Shown here: positions 13,745 to 27,435 of the stretch, one piece after another | How the letters are laid out: each line of letters opens with the position of its first letter | Numbering within the stretch: the first letter of the stretch is position 1 | Origin: Octopus vulgaris | Lineage: Eukaryota | Reading direction: 5' to 3' | Assembly: GCA_951406725.2 (NCBI GenBank) | Contig: OX597822.1 | Coordinates: forward strand, 9,610,001-9,674,000 | DNA: 64,000 nucleotides | The notes under the pieces: generated by a model | What the model saw: only the letters and a program-made list of their open reading frames with translations | Databases searched by the model: none | Told to the model about the DNA's origin: nothing | Made by a program: the position numbers and the translations under genes

Positions 13745-14779
13745 GTATTTACTGGTAACTAAGAAATCAATAAATAGCATAAGGAATGGCAAAGGCTATG
13801 ATGCTTAGAAGAGAAAGTTAAAATACATATACTAAATAGAAGACAAACCACAAAATAAAAATAAATAAAAGAAAGTAATAGCGAATGAAGAAACTAAAAT
13901 ACATATTTCCAAAATATTTCAGAGAGAAAGAAGAAAAAAATCAGCACCTGCCAACGAAAGATAATGTTCTTTCCAGAGAAATGAAAAGTGAAAAGGAAGG
14001 AAAAATTAGCTTCCATCAAAGAAAATTACTTTCGGATCACAGACCCCTTTTAATTTTGTCATTACTCATTAACTAATGTGAAAAATTAAAAATAAAGTTT
14101 GCTTTTTTTTTTTTTTATTCTTTAATCGCTTCTTACAATGAACACATGCAAAAAGGAAAAAAAAAAAAAAAAAAAGAAAATTTTTTAAAAATTATTAATT
14201 TATTATATGCTAGTTACTGACAAGGATATAACTTATGCTAACAGAATTCTTAGAGACATAAAGAGGTAGTGCTGCCTTCTCCTTGGTACTGTTCACAAGA
14301 ACACTATATTCAAAAGGACTGGTTAACAGCTGAATCATATAAATTCGTAACATTGAATCCTCATACAAAAACACAACAGTGGAGAGAGTCATCATTTGCC
14401 AACCTGTGCAAAGTGGTAGGCAAATCTGGCTCAACAATCTACCAGAGTTTCTTTGAATGGAGGTTATGATTTATATCCTACAGATCAGCTGACCAAGGGA
14501 GGAAGATTAAATGGATAACAATATGATTGCTGTTCTATAACCTATTGGCATTCAGATTTTTTCCCTGTCAAATTAAAGCCTATTTATTCACATTGTTCTG
14601 AATTAATTATGCATTATATCTCGTAGTTTTGAGATTTCAAGGAGAAACTGGACATGGCCAGTTTCAACACAAAATGGGTGGAATATCCGGGCCAGATATG
14701 GCAGGTTTAAATACTATAGGGTTAAACATAGAAAAGATGGTCATGCTGGAAGACCTTTCATCATATGTAAGCCTAGAGC

Positions 14780-15037
14780 TTAACCCTTTCGTTACTGTAT
14801 TTCTGTTGAGATGCTCTGTGTTTCTTTCAATTATTTTAAATATAACAGCATGGAAAACGGATGCTAAATGATGATGATGAATTTAGTAAAATAATTTAAT
14901 TATCATTAAGCTAGGATTAGGAACATACATTGCGACTAAGGTTTGGTGGAAGATTTTAATGAAAAACTTATGAAAACAAGACATTTGTACTACAGAGCCA
15001 GAGCCGGTTTTGGCCGGGTTGGTAACGAAAGGGTTAA
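14780..15037. mobile_element. piggyBac-like MITE family 1
   Basis: TTAA-CCCTTTCGTTAC ... GTAACGAAAGGG-TTAA terminal inverted repeats with TTAA target site; carries a short RTE-tail insert. Confidence 0.85.
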
Positions 15038-15739
15038 ACAGCAACAACAGAAAATTCTTTGGATGCTCACTGGTATCCACAAATAGTGATGACTAACACA
15101 CAAAACCCAAGAACTGGTATTTGAAGAAAGATCAGAAACTGAAATTAAACATATTTCAGTATCTTAGACATAATTCAAAGAATGTGGGACTTACTCTACC
15201 ATTATCATTCATTTTTAAGGGTGTGAGCTGACGGAACTGCTAATATGTCAAGCAAAGTGCTGAATGGCAATTAGTCTGTCTTTATGGTCTGAGTCCAAAT
15301 CTTATCACAGTCGACTTTGCCTTTCATCCTTTTGGAACTGATAAAATATGTACCATTAAGTACTGGGGTTGATGTAATCGACTTCCCCCTCCCCTCAAAA
15401 GCTACTGGATTTGTGCCAAGATTTTAAACTTTAGCATTTAAACTGGCCATATCTGGCATCTCACACCTACCCTAGAATGTCATTTTGAACACAAACACTA
15501 ACAATACCGAAATCTCAAGGTTACAAGATAATGCAGGATAAACCCAAAACAATGTGGAAAAACAAGCATTATATTTGACAGAGTAATCTGATTGCTAATG
15601 GGTTAAGCCAATATTAACATTTCATCCATCTTGTGTGTCAGGTAGAAAACGCAGGACATATTTCTCTGGTGTCCATGAATCAAATGATACACATACCCAA
15701 ATATTTTTTCAACCACCAGAGTTACACAAGCCTTATAAA

Positions 15740-16035
15740 ACGAAAGCACCATCCGAACGTGGCTGATGCCAGCACCGCCCGACTGAAGTCGGTGTCGGTG
15801 ACACGTAAAAAAACACCAACCAATTGTGGCCGTTTGCCAGCCTCCTCTGGCCCATGCCAGTGGCACGTAAAAAAGCACCCACTACGCTCACGGAGTGGTT
15901 GGCGTTAGGAAGGGCATGCAGCTATAGAAACACTGCGAGATCAGATTGGAGCCTGGTGCAGCCTCCTGGCTTCCCAGACCCCGATCAAACCGTCCAACCC
16001 ATGCTAGCATGGAAAACAGGCGATGATGATGATGT
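15740..16035 (+). mobile_element. 5'-truncated RTE-LINE 3' end with (GAT)n tail
   Basis: AAAAAGCACCCACTAC...GTTAGGAAGGGCAT...CCAACCCATGCTAGCATGGAAA-(GAT)n; the same sequence follows the RTE ORF fragment at 56.1-57.3 kb. Confidence 0.8.
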
Positions 16036-16349
16036 ATGAAATGGGGGCAAACTAACAGTCTGAAAACAAGCGTGGACATTTAGGACATACTAATGAAAAT
16101 ACTTTGCACAGAAAAGGGTCGAAAAACATGACTTCACTCCAAACTACACCATTTCCTCCAATGGAATTAGACACAAACCAGCAATGGTCGGAGAAATAGC
16201 AATCGAATTTCCCTCAAATCATAACCTACAGACTTAAGTTACCTTATATATTGTAGTCTTAGCTGTATTGTGTTTGAAATAAAACCATCATCACAATAAG
16301 AATCATGTGCATGTCCAAAGCATATCTCACTCTCATATATATATATATA

Positions 16350-16727
16350 CTAGCAGTATCGTCCGGCGTTGCTCGGGTTTGTAAAGGAAATAACTATATA
16401 AAAAATAGCAAAAAAATGCATTAAAAATGGGAAAAAAAATGATGGTAAATTTTTTTTTTAAATTGTTGACTCATCGTAGACATTTTTAGAGAGTTACTTC
16501 CTTATATAATAGCGAAAAAATGCATTAAAATGGAAAAAAATTATGGTAAATTTTTTTTTTAAATCGTAGACTCATAGTACGCGCGCTAATACCCAGAAGG
16601 GCTCGATATGAATCACGACTATAAGATACCCGCTTTTGGTTAAACTGCACCGCAAAACGTGGGAGTAGTTAGGAATCTAAATCGTAGGAGACAGACAGAC
16701 ACACAACCTTACTTTTATATATAAAGA
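16350..16727 (-). mobile_element. Non-autonomous Helitron, full length
   Basis: Minus strand: A|TCTTTATATATAAAAG 5' end, subterminal GC-rich hairpin, CTAG|T 3' end, no TSD. Confidence 0.85.
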
Positions 16728-17179
16728 TTATACACACACGCACACTTGCAGTCAATGTTTCAATGAAAGTTTGTAATTCTATGCATACACTTACATGCAC
16801 TCAATAACTGCCACCGAGTGAATGTACACACACTGATGCCTCTGCATGGATTGATTGATCATACTATAAACATATATTCAATAACACAATTGCCCTTTGT
16901 AGTCGCTAATTATATATAAGCACACATCATGAGAAACGTGTGCGCATGTAATTGAAGCAACAGCGATATTAATTTCTCCACATATGTACACATCAGAATA
17001 AAACAGCCTTCATCTATATACACATAAGATGTAGCAGTCCTGCAATTCTCACAATATCATCATCATCATCATCATCATCATTTAACGTCCGCTTTCCATG
17101 CTAGCATGGGTTGGACGGTTCAACTGGGGTCTGGGGAGCCCGAAGGCTGCACCAGGCCAGTCAGATCTGGCAGTTATAG

Positions 17180-17520
17180 TTACACACAAACACACACATG
17201 CATTTACACACACATGTATATACATATACACACACACACACTCATATATACATATACACACACCCGCACTCATATACATATACACCCACCCACATGCACG
17301 TATATACATATATACACACATATATACATATATATACACACGTATATACATATACGCACTCGTATATACATATGCACACACACATGCATGTATATACATA
17401 TATACACACGTATATACATATACACACTCGTATATACATATACACACACACATGCATGTATATACATATACACACGTACGTACACACACGTACATACACA
17501 CACATGTACATGTGTGTATG
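17180..17520. repeat. Degenerate (TA/CA)n compound microsatellite
   Basis: TATATACATATACACAC-type units; explains the cluster of H/T/Y/I-rich ORFs. Confidence 0.9.
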
Positions 17521-18469
17521 TGTAGATATTTCTTTATTGCTCACAGGGTTCCTCACACAGACAGGACAAACAAGGATCAAGGGATTAACCCCAGTGCATA
17601 ACTGGTACTTATTGAATCGACTCAGAAAGGATGAAAGCCAAAGTCAACCTTGGCGGAATTTGAAATGTATGTGTAGATATTAACATGACAACGTACCAGT
17701 GCTGTCTAAAGTATTACATTTGCACTGTGTATTTGCATGTGTGTATACACACATATACAAATGCACACCACACACTCAGTTCTGTACAAGTTCCAATGAC
17801 AAGTTACGGCTTATACGTATGTTAGCATGTGTGTGCATATGCAGGGACACACACACACACATACATACATGGCTACATATGATACCGAACCTTAGACACA
17901 CATACACACACGACTTATCCATCACAAATGTAACAACTTGCATGTAAGAGTGTGTGTGTGTGTTTTTGTGGAGGAAGAGAGAGACAGAGACAGGAGGAGA
18001 GTAAACACACACACACGTATGCATCATACCTATTTCTTTATTACCCACAAGGGGCTAAACACAGAGGAGACAAACAAGGACAGACATAGGTATTAAGTCG
18101 ATTGCATCAACCCCAGTGCGTAACTTGTACTTAATTTATCGACCCCGAAAGGATGAATGGCAAAGTCAACCTCGGTGGAATTCGAACTCACAACGTAAAG
18201 CAGACGAAATACCGCTAAGCATTTCGCCTGGCGTGATAACGTTTCTGCCAGCTTCTCTCTTTGTAGCTACAGTGTACATACGTCTCACTGTCCCAAAGCT
18301 TATGCCATGTAAAGAGAAACACCAAGGGTCTGTACTAGTTATAAATACTTCAAAAACCACTGAACTAGAAAAGTGATTCAATGTAAGGCAAGCATGGGGA
18401 GAAAACGGAAGCCCCAGCTTACAGGACTTCTGTCCCCACCTTTTCTTCCGCTCCCATGAATATTACTCT

Positions 18470-18845
18470 ACCGACTGGCCTCGTGCCGGTGGCACGTAAA
18501 AGCACCATCCGTTCGTGTCCGTTGCTAGCCTCGCCTGGCCCCCGTGCCGGTGGCACTAACACCATCCGTTCGTGGCCGTTGCCAGCCTCGCCTGGCCCCA
18601 TTGCCAGTGTCACGTAAAAAGCACCATCCGTCCGTGGCCGTTTGCCAGCTCCGTCTGGCACCTGTGTGGGTGGCACGTAAAAAGCACCCACTACACTCAC
18701 GGAGTGGTTGGCGTTAGGAAGAGCATCCAGCCGTAGAAACACTGCCAGATCAGACTGGGCCTGGTGCAGCCTTCTGGCTTCACAGACCCCAGTTGAACTG
18801 TCCAACCCATGCTAGCATGGAAAACGGACGCTAAATGATGATGAT
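18470..18845 (+). mobile_element. RTE-LINE 3' UTR fragment with internal tandem subrepeats
   Basis: Three GCACCATCCGTTCGTGGCCG-type units followed by the conserved tail and (GAT)n. Confidence 0.8.
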
Positions 18846-18994
18846 TACCTGTCATGACTATCCATAAATATACTAGTTTCAAACCAATCTCCTCTTCTGT
18901 AACAAACTACTGGCATAGTTATGGCAGTTATCATCATCCTCTTGTCTGTTGACGTCAGCTATTCTAAGCTGGCACAGATTGCACAGGTACGTGT

Positions 18995-19445
18995 TGCATG
19001 CCATGAATGTTCGTCCTTTGGGTTCGAAGATGACCATTGACATCATTTGGTGGAATTGCTGCTGTGAGACCGGAGGTGGCTGGTGAGGCCAATCCAGGCC
19101 AGAAAGCCCCCCCCCCCCTCCCACAGGTGGGGCAGAAGTGGGTAGGGGCTGTGCTATTGGTGCAGGTGGCTCTGGCTTTCCGCATCTGGCGTTTCTGTTC
19201 TGCTGACTGAATCCGTCTCTCCTCGGCTGTCTTTGCTCCTGTGGTGATTACGCTGCGCCAGGATGAGCGGTCGGCAGCGAGTGTCTCCCAAGTCTCTGTG
19301 CCGATGGAGAAGTCTTTGAGAGAGACTGAGACTATCCTTGAAGCGCTTCTTCTGCCCTCCGACTTTGCGTTTGCCCTGGCTGAGTTCACCGTAGAAGAGC
19401 TGTTTTGGGATGCAAGTGTCGGACATGCAGGAGACGTGGCCTGCC
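18995..19445 (-). mobile_element. RTE/BovB-like LINE, decayed ORF C-terminus
   Basis: ORF pieces (WAG)[49 protein letters not shown] and the zinc-finger-like CPTCGR; frameshifted. Confidence 0.85.
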
Positions 19446-19694
19446 CATCAATACCATGTATTCATAAGACACAGAACACTTGGCTGGTAATCTTTATTGC
19501 CAAGTTAACCTATTAACATTTCAGCCAGCCATATCCGGCTAAAATATTTCATCTGTTTTATGCCCAAACTGACCAGATCCAGACTTTTACACCTACATTC
19601 TACATAAGAGGCTCTCCAACATTTTGGGCCACCAACCACCTCATGGCTACATAGTACTCTCAGACCCACACCCACCCCTACTTTTATGTATAAA

Positions 19695-20340
19695 TCTTTA
19701 TATATAAAAGTGAAGTTGTGTGTCTGTCTCCTACGATTTTGATTCCTAACTACTCCCACATTTTGTGGTGCAGTTTAACCAAAACCGAGTATCTTATAGT
19801 CGTGATTCATATCGAGCCCTTCTGGGTATTAGCGCGTGTCTACGATTAAAAAAAAAAAATTTACCATTATTTTCCCATTTTAATGCATTTTTGGCATATA
19901 TAAGGGAAGTAACTCTCTAAAAAATTATTATTAAATCTCAGAACTTAAAAAGCTACAGTAACATCCCCCCTTTGTGGTTAGCCATATTGAGATGGCTATT
20001 ATACTTTACATCTCTAAAAATGCTTATATAGTTATTTCCCTTACAAACCCGAGCAACGCCGGGCGATACTGCTAGTATTAAATAAAATCTTTTAGTTGAC
20101 ATTTTCGACAAAATATCATAGCTGCCATTTTTTTCCATTTTAATGCATTTTTTCGCTATTAAATAAGGGAAGTAACTCTCTAAAAATGTCTACGATGAGT
20201 CAACGATTTTTTTAAAAAATTACCATAATTTTTTTCCCATTTTCAATGTGTTTTTTGCTATTTTTTGGCTATAACTCTCTAAAAATGCTGATATAGTTAT
20301 TTCCCTAACAAACCCGAGTAACACCGGGTGATACTGCTAG
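19695..20340 (+). mobile_element. Non-autonomous Helitron (19695-20075) followed by a second 3' half (~20125-20340)
   Basis: A|TC 5' end; CCCGAGCAACGCCGGG hairpin and CTAG|T end present twice. Confidence 0.85.
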
Positions 20341-20829
20341 TATTTTATATTTTACTCATCTATACATACTATGAATCATTTGATAATATAATATTATATA
20401 ATTTGTATACAATACTATGACATAATAAATTCATAGCATCCTCCAATCCACTGCCAAAAAATTGCCACTGCGAATTAGATATTCTTCATAAAATAATGCA
20501 CAAATTTACAACAGATATTGGAGAAGCCAACAGTGTCATGGCATGCATGTCTTTTAAATGTTTTAGTTATATGAGAAGGAGACGGCTTTGTATATATGTG
20601 TATGTGTGTGTATAAAATGGAACAAAAATGTAATAGACCACAATAAAACAACAGGACAGACAATATAAAGGCAGGCAGGAAAAAAGGATGGGTCATTCAT
20701 GGCCTTCTTTCGTCATTGAAGTTACCAGACGCCCTTTCAGTTTCGGGCAGTTACACTTGAGACTGTTCGATCTGGTTGCCCATCAAAAAGTCTAAGCTAA
20801 GAGCATTAGATTTTCTGTAAGAAAGCCAG

Positions 20830-21220
20830 CGAAGGAGTGGCTGTGTGGTAAGTAGCTGGTTTACCAACCACATGGTTCCAGGTTCAGTCCCACTGTGTGG
20901 CACCTTGGGCAAGTGTCTTCTACTATAGCCTCGGGCCGACCAAAGCCTTGTGAGTGGATTTGGTAGACGGAAACTGAAAGAAGCCCGTCGTATATATGTA
21001 TATATATGCGTGTGTGTGTTTGTCCCCCTAGCATTGCTTGACAACTGATGCTGGTGTGTTTATGTCCCCATTACTTAGCGGTTCGGCAAAAGAGACCGAT
21101 AGAATAAGTACTGGGCTTACAAAAGAATAAGTCCCGGGGTCGAGTTGCTCGACTAAAGGCGGTGCTCCAGCATGGCCGCAGTCAAATGACTGAAACAAGT
21201 AAAAGATTAAAGAGTAAAGA
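20830..21220 (+). mobile_element. SINE A inserted in a Penelope-like remnant (~20660-20830 and 21235-21420)
   Basis: Flanks match the repeat at 61290-61740 (AAGCTAAGAGCATTAGATT ... GGTGTCTTTCGACT). Confidence 0.75.
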
Positions 21221-21479
21221 GAATGTATGCAACAACAAAGACAAAAAAAAACCGAGAATATGGTACTCAATTACAAATACAAACAATAAGAATAGAACAA
21301 ACAGGTGTCTTTCGACTGAGAATGAATCAAATTGAGCTGGCATGTATAAAGTGAAAGCCTAAAGGCAAGAACACAGGAGATGGATGTAAGAGGTGTTGGC
21401 AGTCAACAGTCAGGCCAAGAATGAAAGATCAACTTCCCCAATGTCAAATGGCCCAAAGGCCTCATATGCTCTCAGGAAT

Positions 21480-22200
21480 AACTCACTGCAAACAAGCACA
21501 GGTGGAGTCCCTGCTAAACCTCATCAATGCCCTGTTGATGGAGCAAGTTGTGCTCAGACCAACTAGGGCGAATAACATTTTGGATCTCTGCTTCACAAAC
21601 AATATGGACATTGTTCACAATGTGAAGGTGATGCTGACATTAGTTTTAGATTACAACATAATAGAGCTGTCTATGTATGGACCAGAGACATACAGCCTAA
21701 AGGAAGCACCCTAAATCTCTGGAACCTGAACTTCTACAAAGCAGACTGGAAATCAATCCAAAAAAAGATCCTCAGACAGGACTGGCCAAAATGTCTCTCC
21801 ACACCAGACAATGGCATGAAACTAGAATATTTCACGTTTGTTGTGCAAACCACATGCCAGAAATATGCCCCAGAGCACAAGGCCAAAACAAAATGGAACA
21901 AGATTCCAAGGGAGAGGAAGATCCTCATGAGACAGATTTAAATTGATAATCGCTTCAACTAACATTCCAAAAGTAGGGAAAGGTCCTGCCCAAAAACAAC
22001 ACTGATGGAGATTTCTCTCTCCCTTACATAGGAATGTTGCAGGTTTTTTTCAAAGAAATTTGGGTTATAAAAGACAGTAAGTCAAACCCAAAAGGCTGCT
22101 TTCATTATGCCAAAGAAACAGCCTCGGTACACTGCAAAATAGGACCCCTCTTCCAGAAGGATAGCTCCCTCACAGATAATCCAACCAGGATCAGTGATGG
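21480..22200 (+). mobile_element. Decayed CR1/L2-clade LINE ORF2 fragment (endonuclease C-terminus and linker)
   Basis: QVVLRPTRANNILDLCFTNNMDIV, NFYKADWKSI and SNPKGCFHYAK..IGPL motifs, with stops and frameshifts. Confidence 0.75.
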
Positions 22201-25200
22201 CCCTTCTAAGCATTAAAAAAAAAAAACTTAGACCTTTGATATCTATAGCACTGCTCAAAGAGGATGCCAGTTAAGCACAAAGTAGCAGTATTCCAAGAGC
22301 ATTATTTCCCACAATTAAAATGAAGCATGGAATTTTATAAAAGCCCTATCCAAAGTGGCAACTAAACACCTTTAGCGAATGTGACCATATCATTCACGCA
22401 CCTTAACAACCATTTTAACCTTAAAATAAGCAACGTGAGAAGAGTGGTAAGTTCATTCATTTAGCTTAGTTCTGAATCCAACAGTTCCAATGTGAACAGA
22501 GAGGGATACTCCAGTACTTGGTCTACCCTTTACAAAACCCATCATCGACTACCAGCAAAAGCTTTGGGAATATAGCTGGAGATAAGGTCTCCAGTCAGAG
22601 TCCCTAAACTAAAGACAGTACAGTTTACAGTACTGTTCCAAGGCGTCGTGTGCCAACATATATGCATTCGCTTTCTTTGGACCACACAGGAGAAAGAGAA
22701 TGGAAAGAGAACCTGTGTAGAGAATAGGTGGTGCCCCAGCATGGCCACAGCTCATGAGCTGAAACTAAAATCAATCAATCATACTATATAATCAAAGAGA
22801 TTCTAAGACATGGCTACATGGTTTCACTAAACGGGATACCTTAATTGCTTCAGACAGTTATAACTTTAATCTTTCTCTAGATGATCCCCGCTGTCCCAAT
22901 AATCAGCTAAGTAGCTGCTAAAAATAGAAAAAAATTCAATCTCCAAAATATAATGCCACTACTAAAATATATAGAAGAGAATCTCTGAAATGAAGCAATG
23001 ATAAAGTCTATTTTTACTGCTAACAATCTACACGTCAGCACATTCTCGTGAGCATGCAGATCTGACTGGTTCCCTGAGAGAAATGGTTAAGATTCAAGTG
23101 GTTACATAACAAGTTAAGCAGATTAAAAAAAATGTTGAAATTGCAAGCCATTTGCTTTTTTTTTTTTTTTTTCAAGTTTTACTATCATCATCATTATTAT
23201 TATTATTATTTTTACCTTGTATCATTTATTTATTTTATTAATGCAATTAAGACAACTAGCAAGAATTAGAAAAAAAAAATTAAGTTTTTTTTTTTTTAAT
23301 CAGTTTCTCCATATTTTGATATCAGATTGGAAGCTGGAGAGGTGAAATCACGTGATAGGTTAGATCAATAACCATGTTTCAGAAAGGTGAAGACCATCAA
23401 AAGGTCAAATAATAATAAAGTGAAGCACTACATTCTATACTCAGTGTGTGTGTGTGTGTGTGTGTGTGTCTCTACTTACCCTGTGTCTTTAGCTGTCAAA
23501 GACAACTGATGCATTGTAAGGCCAAAGGGTATGTGTGTGTCTAACACACGCACATACACAAAAATATGTCTGATTGGTGTTCCTCAACAGTATTTGTCTC
23601 TTAAATGAAATCCAATTTTACAAAGTTTTCTAGTGCTTTCTTTCATTTCAAATAACTTTCCTTATCATTTCACAACATACATTAACTTTTCCCCTCTCCC
23701 TCTCACCTGTTCATATATATATACAGGTAGCATGCCCCCAGAGTCTCATTAGGTGGCAACAACTGCAGTCGTAGTGACAGTCACATTTTAAGCCCTCATA
23801 AACAAAATGTATCCAAGGAACTCTGTAAAGGAAGGGCAGGACGAGCAATGAAAACACTGGGTGGAGAAGACTCTTCAACGTTGTTAATGACACGACAATC
23901 TTTCTTGTGCCCAACACATTCATTGAAGTGATCAACATTAGGAAGGACATCCAGTTATAGAAACCATCCTAACTGAGAATGAAAGATATGACAGCCAGCA
24001 TGGAAAACAGACAAAACTTTACAGTTTAGGTCCAGGTCAAAACCCTGATCAAAGTCATTCCAGCCATGGCCCATTCCATCTGTTTACTAGTGTAGAGGAA
24101 CTTGGTTTACCGAATGCATCGTTCATATACGATACACTGGAGAGCCAGCGACTGCACCAGGCTCCAATCTGATCTGGCAATGTTTCTATGCCTTTCCTAA
24201 CGCTAACCACTCTGCGGCGAATGTAGCGGGTGATTTTTATGTGCCACTGGCATAAGCCACGTTCGCGGATGGTGCTTTTTACGTGCCACTGATACAAGGA
24301 CCGCCGTCGACAGACAGACATATCAGCATAGGTGTGACTGAGTAGTTCAGATGTTCACTACCCAACTACAAGTTTTCAGGTTCATCCGTTCATGGCCATT
24401 GCCAGCCTCGCCTGGCCCCCATGCCGCTGGCACATAAAAGCACCATCCGTTCGTGGCCGTTTGCCAGCTCCGTCTGGCACCTGTGCGGGTGGCACGTAAG
24501 AAGCACCCACTACACTCACGGAGTGGTTGGCGTTAGGAAGGGCATCCAGCCGTAGAAACACTGCCTGATTAGACTGGGCCTGATGCAGCCTTCTGGCTTC
24601 CCAGACCCCAGTTGAACCGTCCAACCCATGCTAGCATGGAAAGCGGATGCTAAATGATGAATCCTGCTGTGTAGCATCTTGGGCAACCGTCTTCTATTAT
24701 TACTGCTGGTTGACGAGTACCTCGTAACTAAATTTGGTAGATGGAAAGAAGTCTATCAGATCCATGCGTGCATATGTTTCACTTTGTCTTGACATCATGA
24801 GGTAGTCATAAGCAAGTATAAGGGTTGTACAAGTAGTTTTGCTTGTTTTCAACTTTCCATGGAAACATGTCATCATCATGAGAAGGAAGGGGGTGGATAT
24901 TACCATACTTGGTAATAGATGAGGGTTGACAACAGGAAGGGCATCTGACCACAGAAATTCTGCTTTAACATATTTGACCTGACTTATGCAACATGAGGCA
25001 GTTGACATTAAACCAATGGGATGTATAAATAAATGAATGACTTGCAATATATCATCATCGTTTAATGTCCACTTTCCATGCTGGCACGAGTTGGACAGTT
25101 TGATAAAGAGCTGTCCAGACTTCAACTGTCTGTTGTGACCTGGCTTCTGCGGCTGGATACCCTTCTTAATGCCAACCACTTAACAGAGCGTGCTGAGCAC

Positions 25201-25390
25201 ATTTTACATGACCCCGGCATGAGTGCATTAATACAGCATGACCGGTGCGTTAACACAGCGCCAGCAACTTTGCTTTTTAATGGCACCAGCTCCTGAAAGA
25301 ACAAACCAGTGTGTGTGGAAGAGCAACCTTATTTAACTTGACAGATCTTATCAAGTACAGCAAATCGCCACATCTGCCTAATATATTATA

Positions 25391-25775
25391 CGAGCAAAAT
25401 TCCCCCCGTCCAATGGACGGTGCTGAGTTGTCAAACATTTAAACCAAATTTTCTCAAAACAACTTGTCCAACCATCCCATAGGCCTCCCCTTTGAGAAAC
25501 ACTGATTTAACCAAAATTCGAGACACCAGCAAATGAGGAAATAACGATAGACTTTTTTTCTATTCCAAGAAAAACGATTTTATAAATGCACGTTCCCACA
25601 GCTTTATCGATCGCATTCTCACCTGGAATCGATTTTTGTAATTTTTTCAAGACTTATACATGCCCTGATACCGTCGGTATCTACATATCAAATTTGAACG
25701 CAATCAGATGGAGGATGCCTGAGATCCTAGAATACACACACACAGACAGACAGACAACGGATTTTATAAAATAGA
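25391..25775 (-). mobile_element. Second non-autonomous Helitron-like element
   Basis: Minus strand 5' A|TCTATTTTATAAAA..(CTGT)n; 3' hairpin CCGTCCA-T-TGGACGG near a CTCG|T end. Confidence 0.6.
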
Positions 25776-26553
25776 TTAGCTGATATTGCAAGTTATTCAT
25801 CAACAGAACATACTATCAACCAGTAGCAAACTGTTCCCACATGTCACCCCATTACTTTAGGGAAGGTAGATAGGATCAGGAATATTTCTTTACTTCTTGG
25901 AGAGAGAGAAAAAGATGAAGAGAGAAACATACACTGACAAGAAGAAAACTCAAGAAATTTAACAGCTGTGTTAAATGAAAGAAATTTTCTGGAGACACTA
26001 GTATTATCCTAAGATGTAATTAACGAACATGTTTTTAACAACACAGTAATTAGCGCCGCCGCCACCTCCACCATACTCTCGTTGGATAATTATTAATCTT
26101 ATGTTATATGAAATGTTTCTTGTTATTTTGTTATAAAATTTAGATAACACCTCCAGGTCAATATCATGAATGCATGATTGTATAGGTAAAAAGCCCACTT
26201 AGCAACTATATGTTTTTGGGTTCAATCTCATTGTGGGATCTTCAGCTGTAGCTACATGTTAACGAAAGCCATGAATTTAATAGATATACTTCATGGAATC
26301 TTACTCCATGTGCACGTGTGTGTGCATGTGTAAAATACACTTTTACTCGTTTCAGTCATTAGACTGTAGCGATGCTGGGGCACAGCCTTGCCCCATAATG
26401 CTTGTTCCACCCGAGTTGCCCAACACTCCCTTTTTACTTTCACCATGATAGATGCACTGAACCAGTGACTGGCACACTGTAACCATCAGTGTTATTGTCC
26501 ACAAAATGCAATATGAATTAAACAAATCACAAAAGCACTGGGAAAAGAGCTTT

Positions 26554-26761
26554 TTAACCCTTTTGTTACCAACCCGGCCAAAACCGGCTCTGGCTCTGTA
26601 GTACAAATGTCTTGTTTTCATAAGTTTTGCATTAGAATATACCACCAAACCTTAGTCACAATTTATATTCCTAACACTAGTTTAATGATAACTAAGTTAT
26701 TTTACTAAATACTTTGTTATATCTAAAGTAATTAAAAGAAACACAGTAACAAAAGGGTTAA
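26554..26761. mobile_element. piggyBac-like MITE family 1
   Basis: TTAA-CCCTTTTGTTAC ... GTAACAAAAGGG-TTAA. Confidence 0.85.
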
Positions 26762-27336
26762 ACCACTACCTTCCTTAACTGGCTTGAAATAGCATTTCAA
26801 CCAAAGTGGCACGTTGAATAAAATAATGGGGAGTAGCTACATTATATCTGAAGGAAAACAGGAAAGGAAATGATATGAAAATGTTTGGTTCATAAGTCTG
26901 TTCAAAGTTGACCATAGCAAAATTTGAACCCAGAATGTAGAAACAGAAGATATACTAAAACACATCATTTCAGAAGCTCTAACAATTTTCTCACTGCCTT
27001 TAATATCCACATCAAATTTTGGAATGAAGTATGTATATGGGTTAAGGAGGGGGAGAGTCAATTAAAGCTATCAATCCACTACCTTTAACTTCTAATTTAG
27101 GAGCAAGGCCAGCAATTTCTTAGGAGAGAGTTTGGCAATTACAATGATTGCAGCATTTAATTGCTGCATCATTTTATCAACTCTGGAAGGATGAAAGGCG
27201 CAGCTAACCTCAGTGGAATTAAAGCTCAACATAAAGAGCTGAGAACAAACACTGTAAAGCAATTTATCCAACACTAACAATTCTGCCAATAATAATAATA
27301 ATAATAACATAGATAATAAAATTATTTCCAACTTAC

Positions 27337-27435
27337 TTCAAAACGTTCGAAAGTCCTGTTGAAGGTGTCCATGTACTGATGCAGGATCAAATTAGTACCA
27401 GTTTCAATTTGATCCTCAGACAACGAGTCACTGCA
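27337..27435 (-). CDS. MIS12: Mis12 coding exon 3 (CSDSLSEDQIETGTNLILHQYMDTFNRTFERFE)
   Basis: 99 nt with TTTTGCAG acceptor and GTAAGT donor, phase 0/0. Lies inside supplied ORF 27322..27504. Confidence 0.9.
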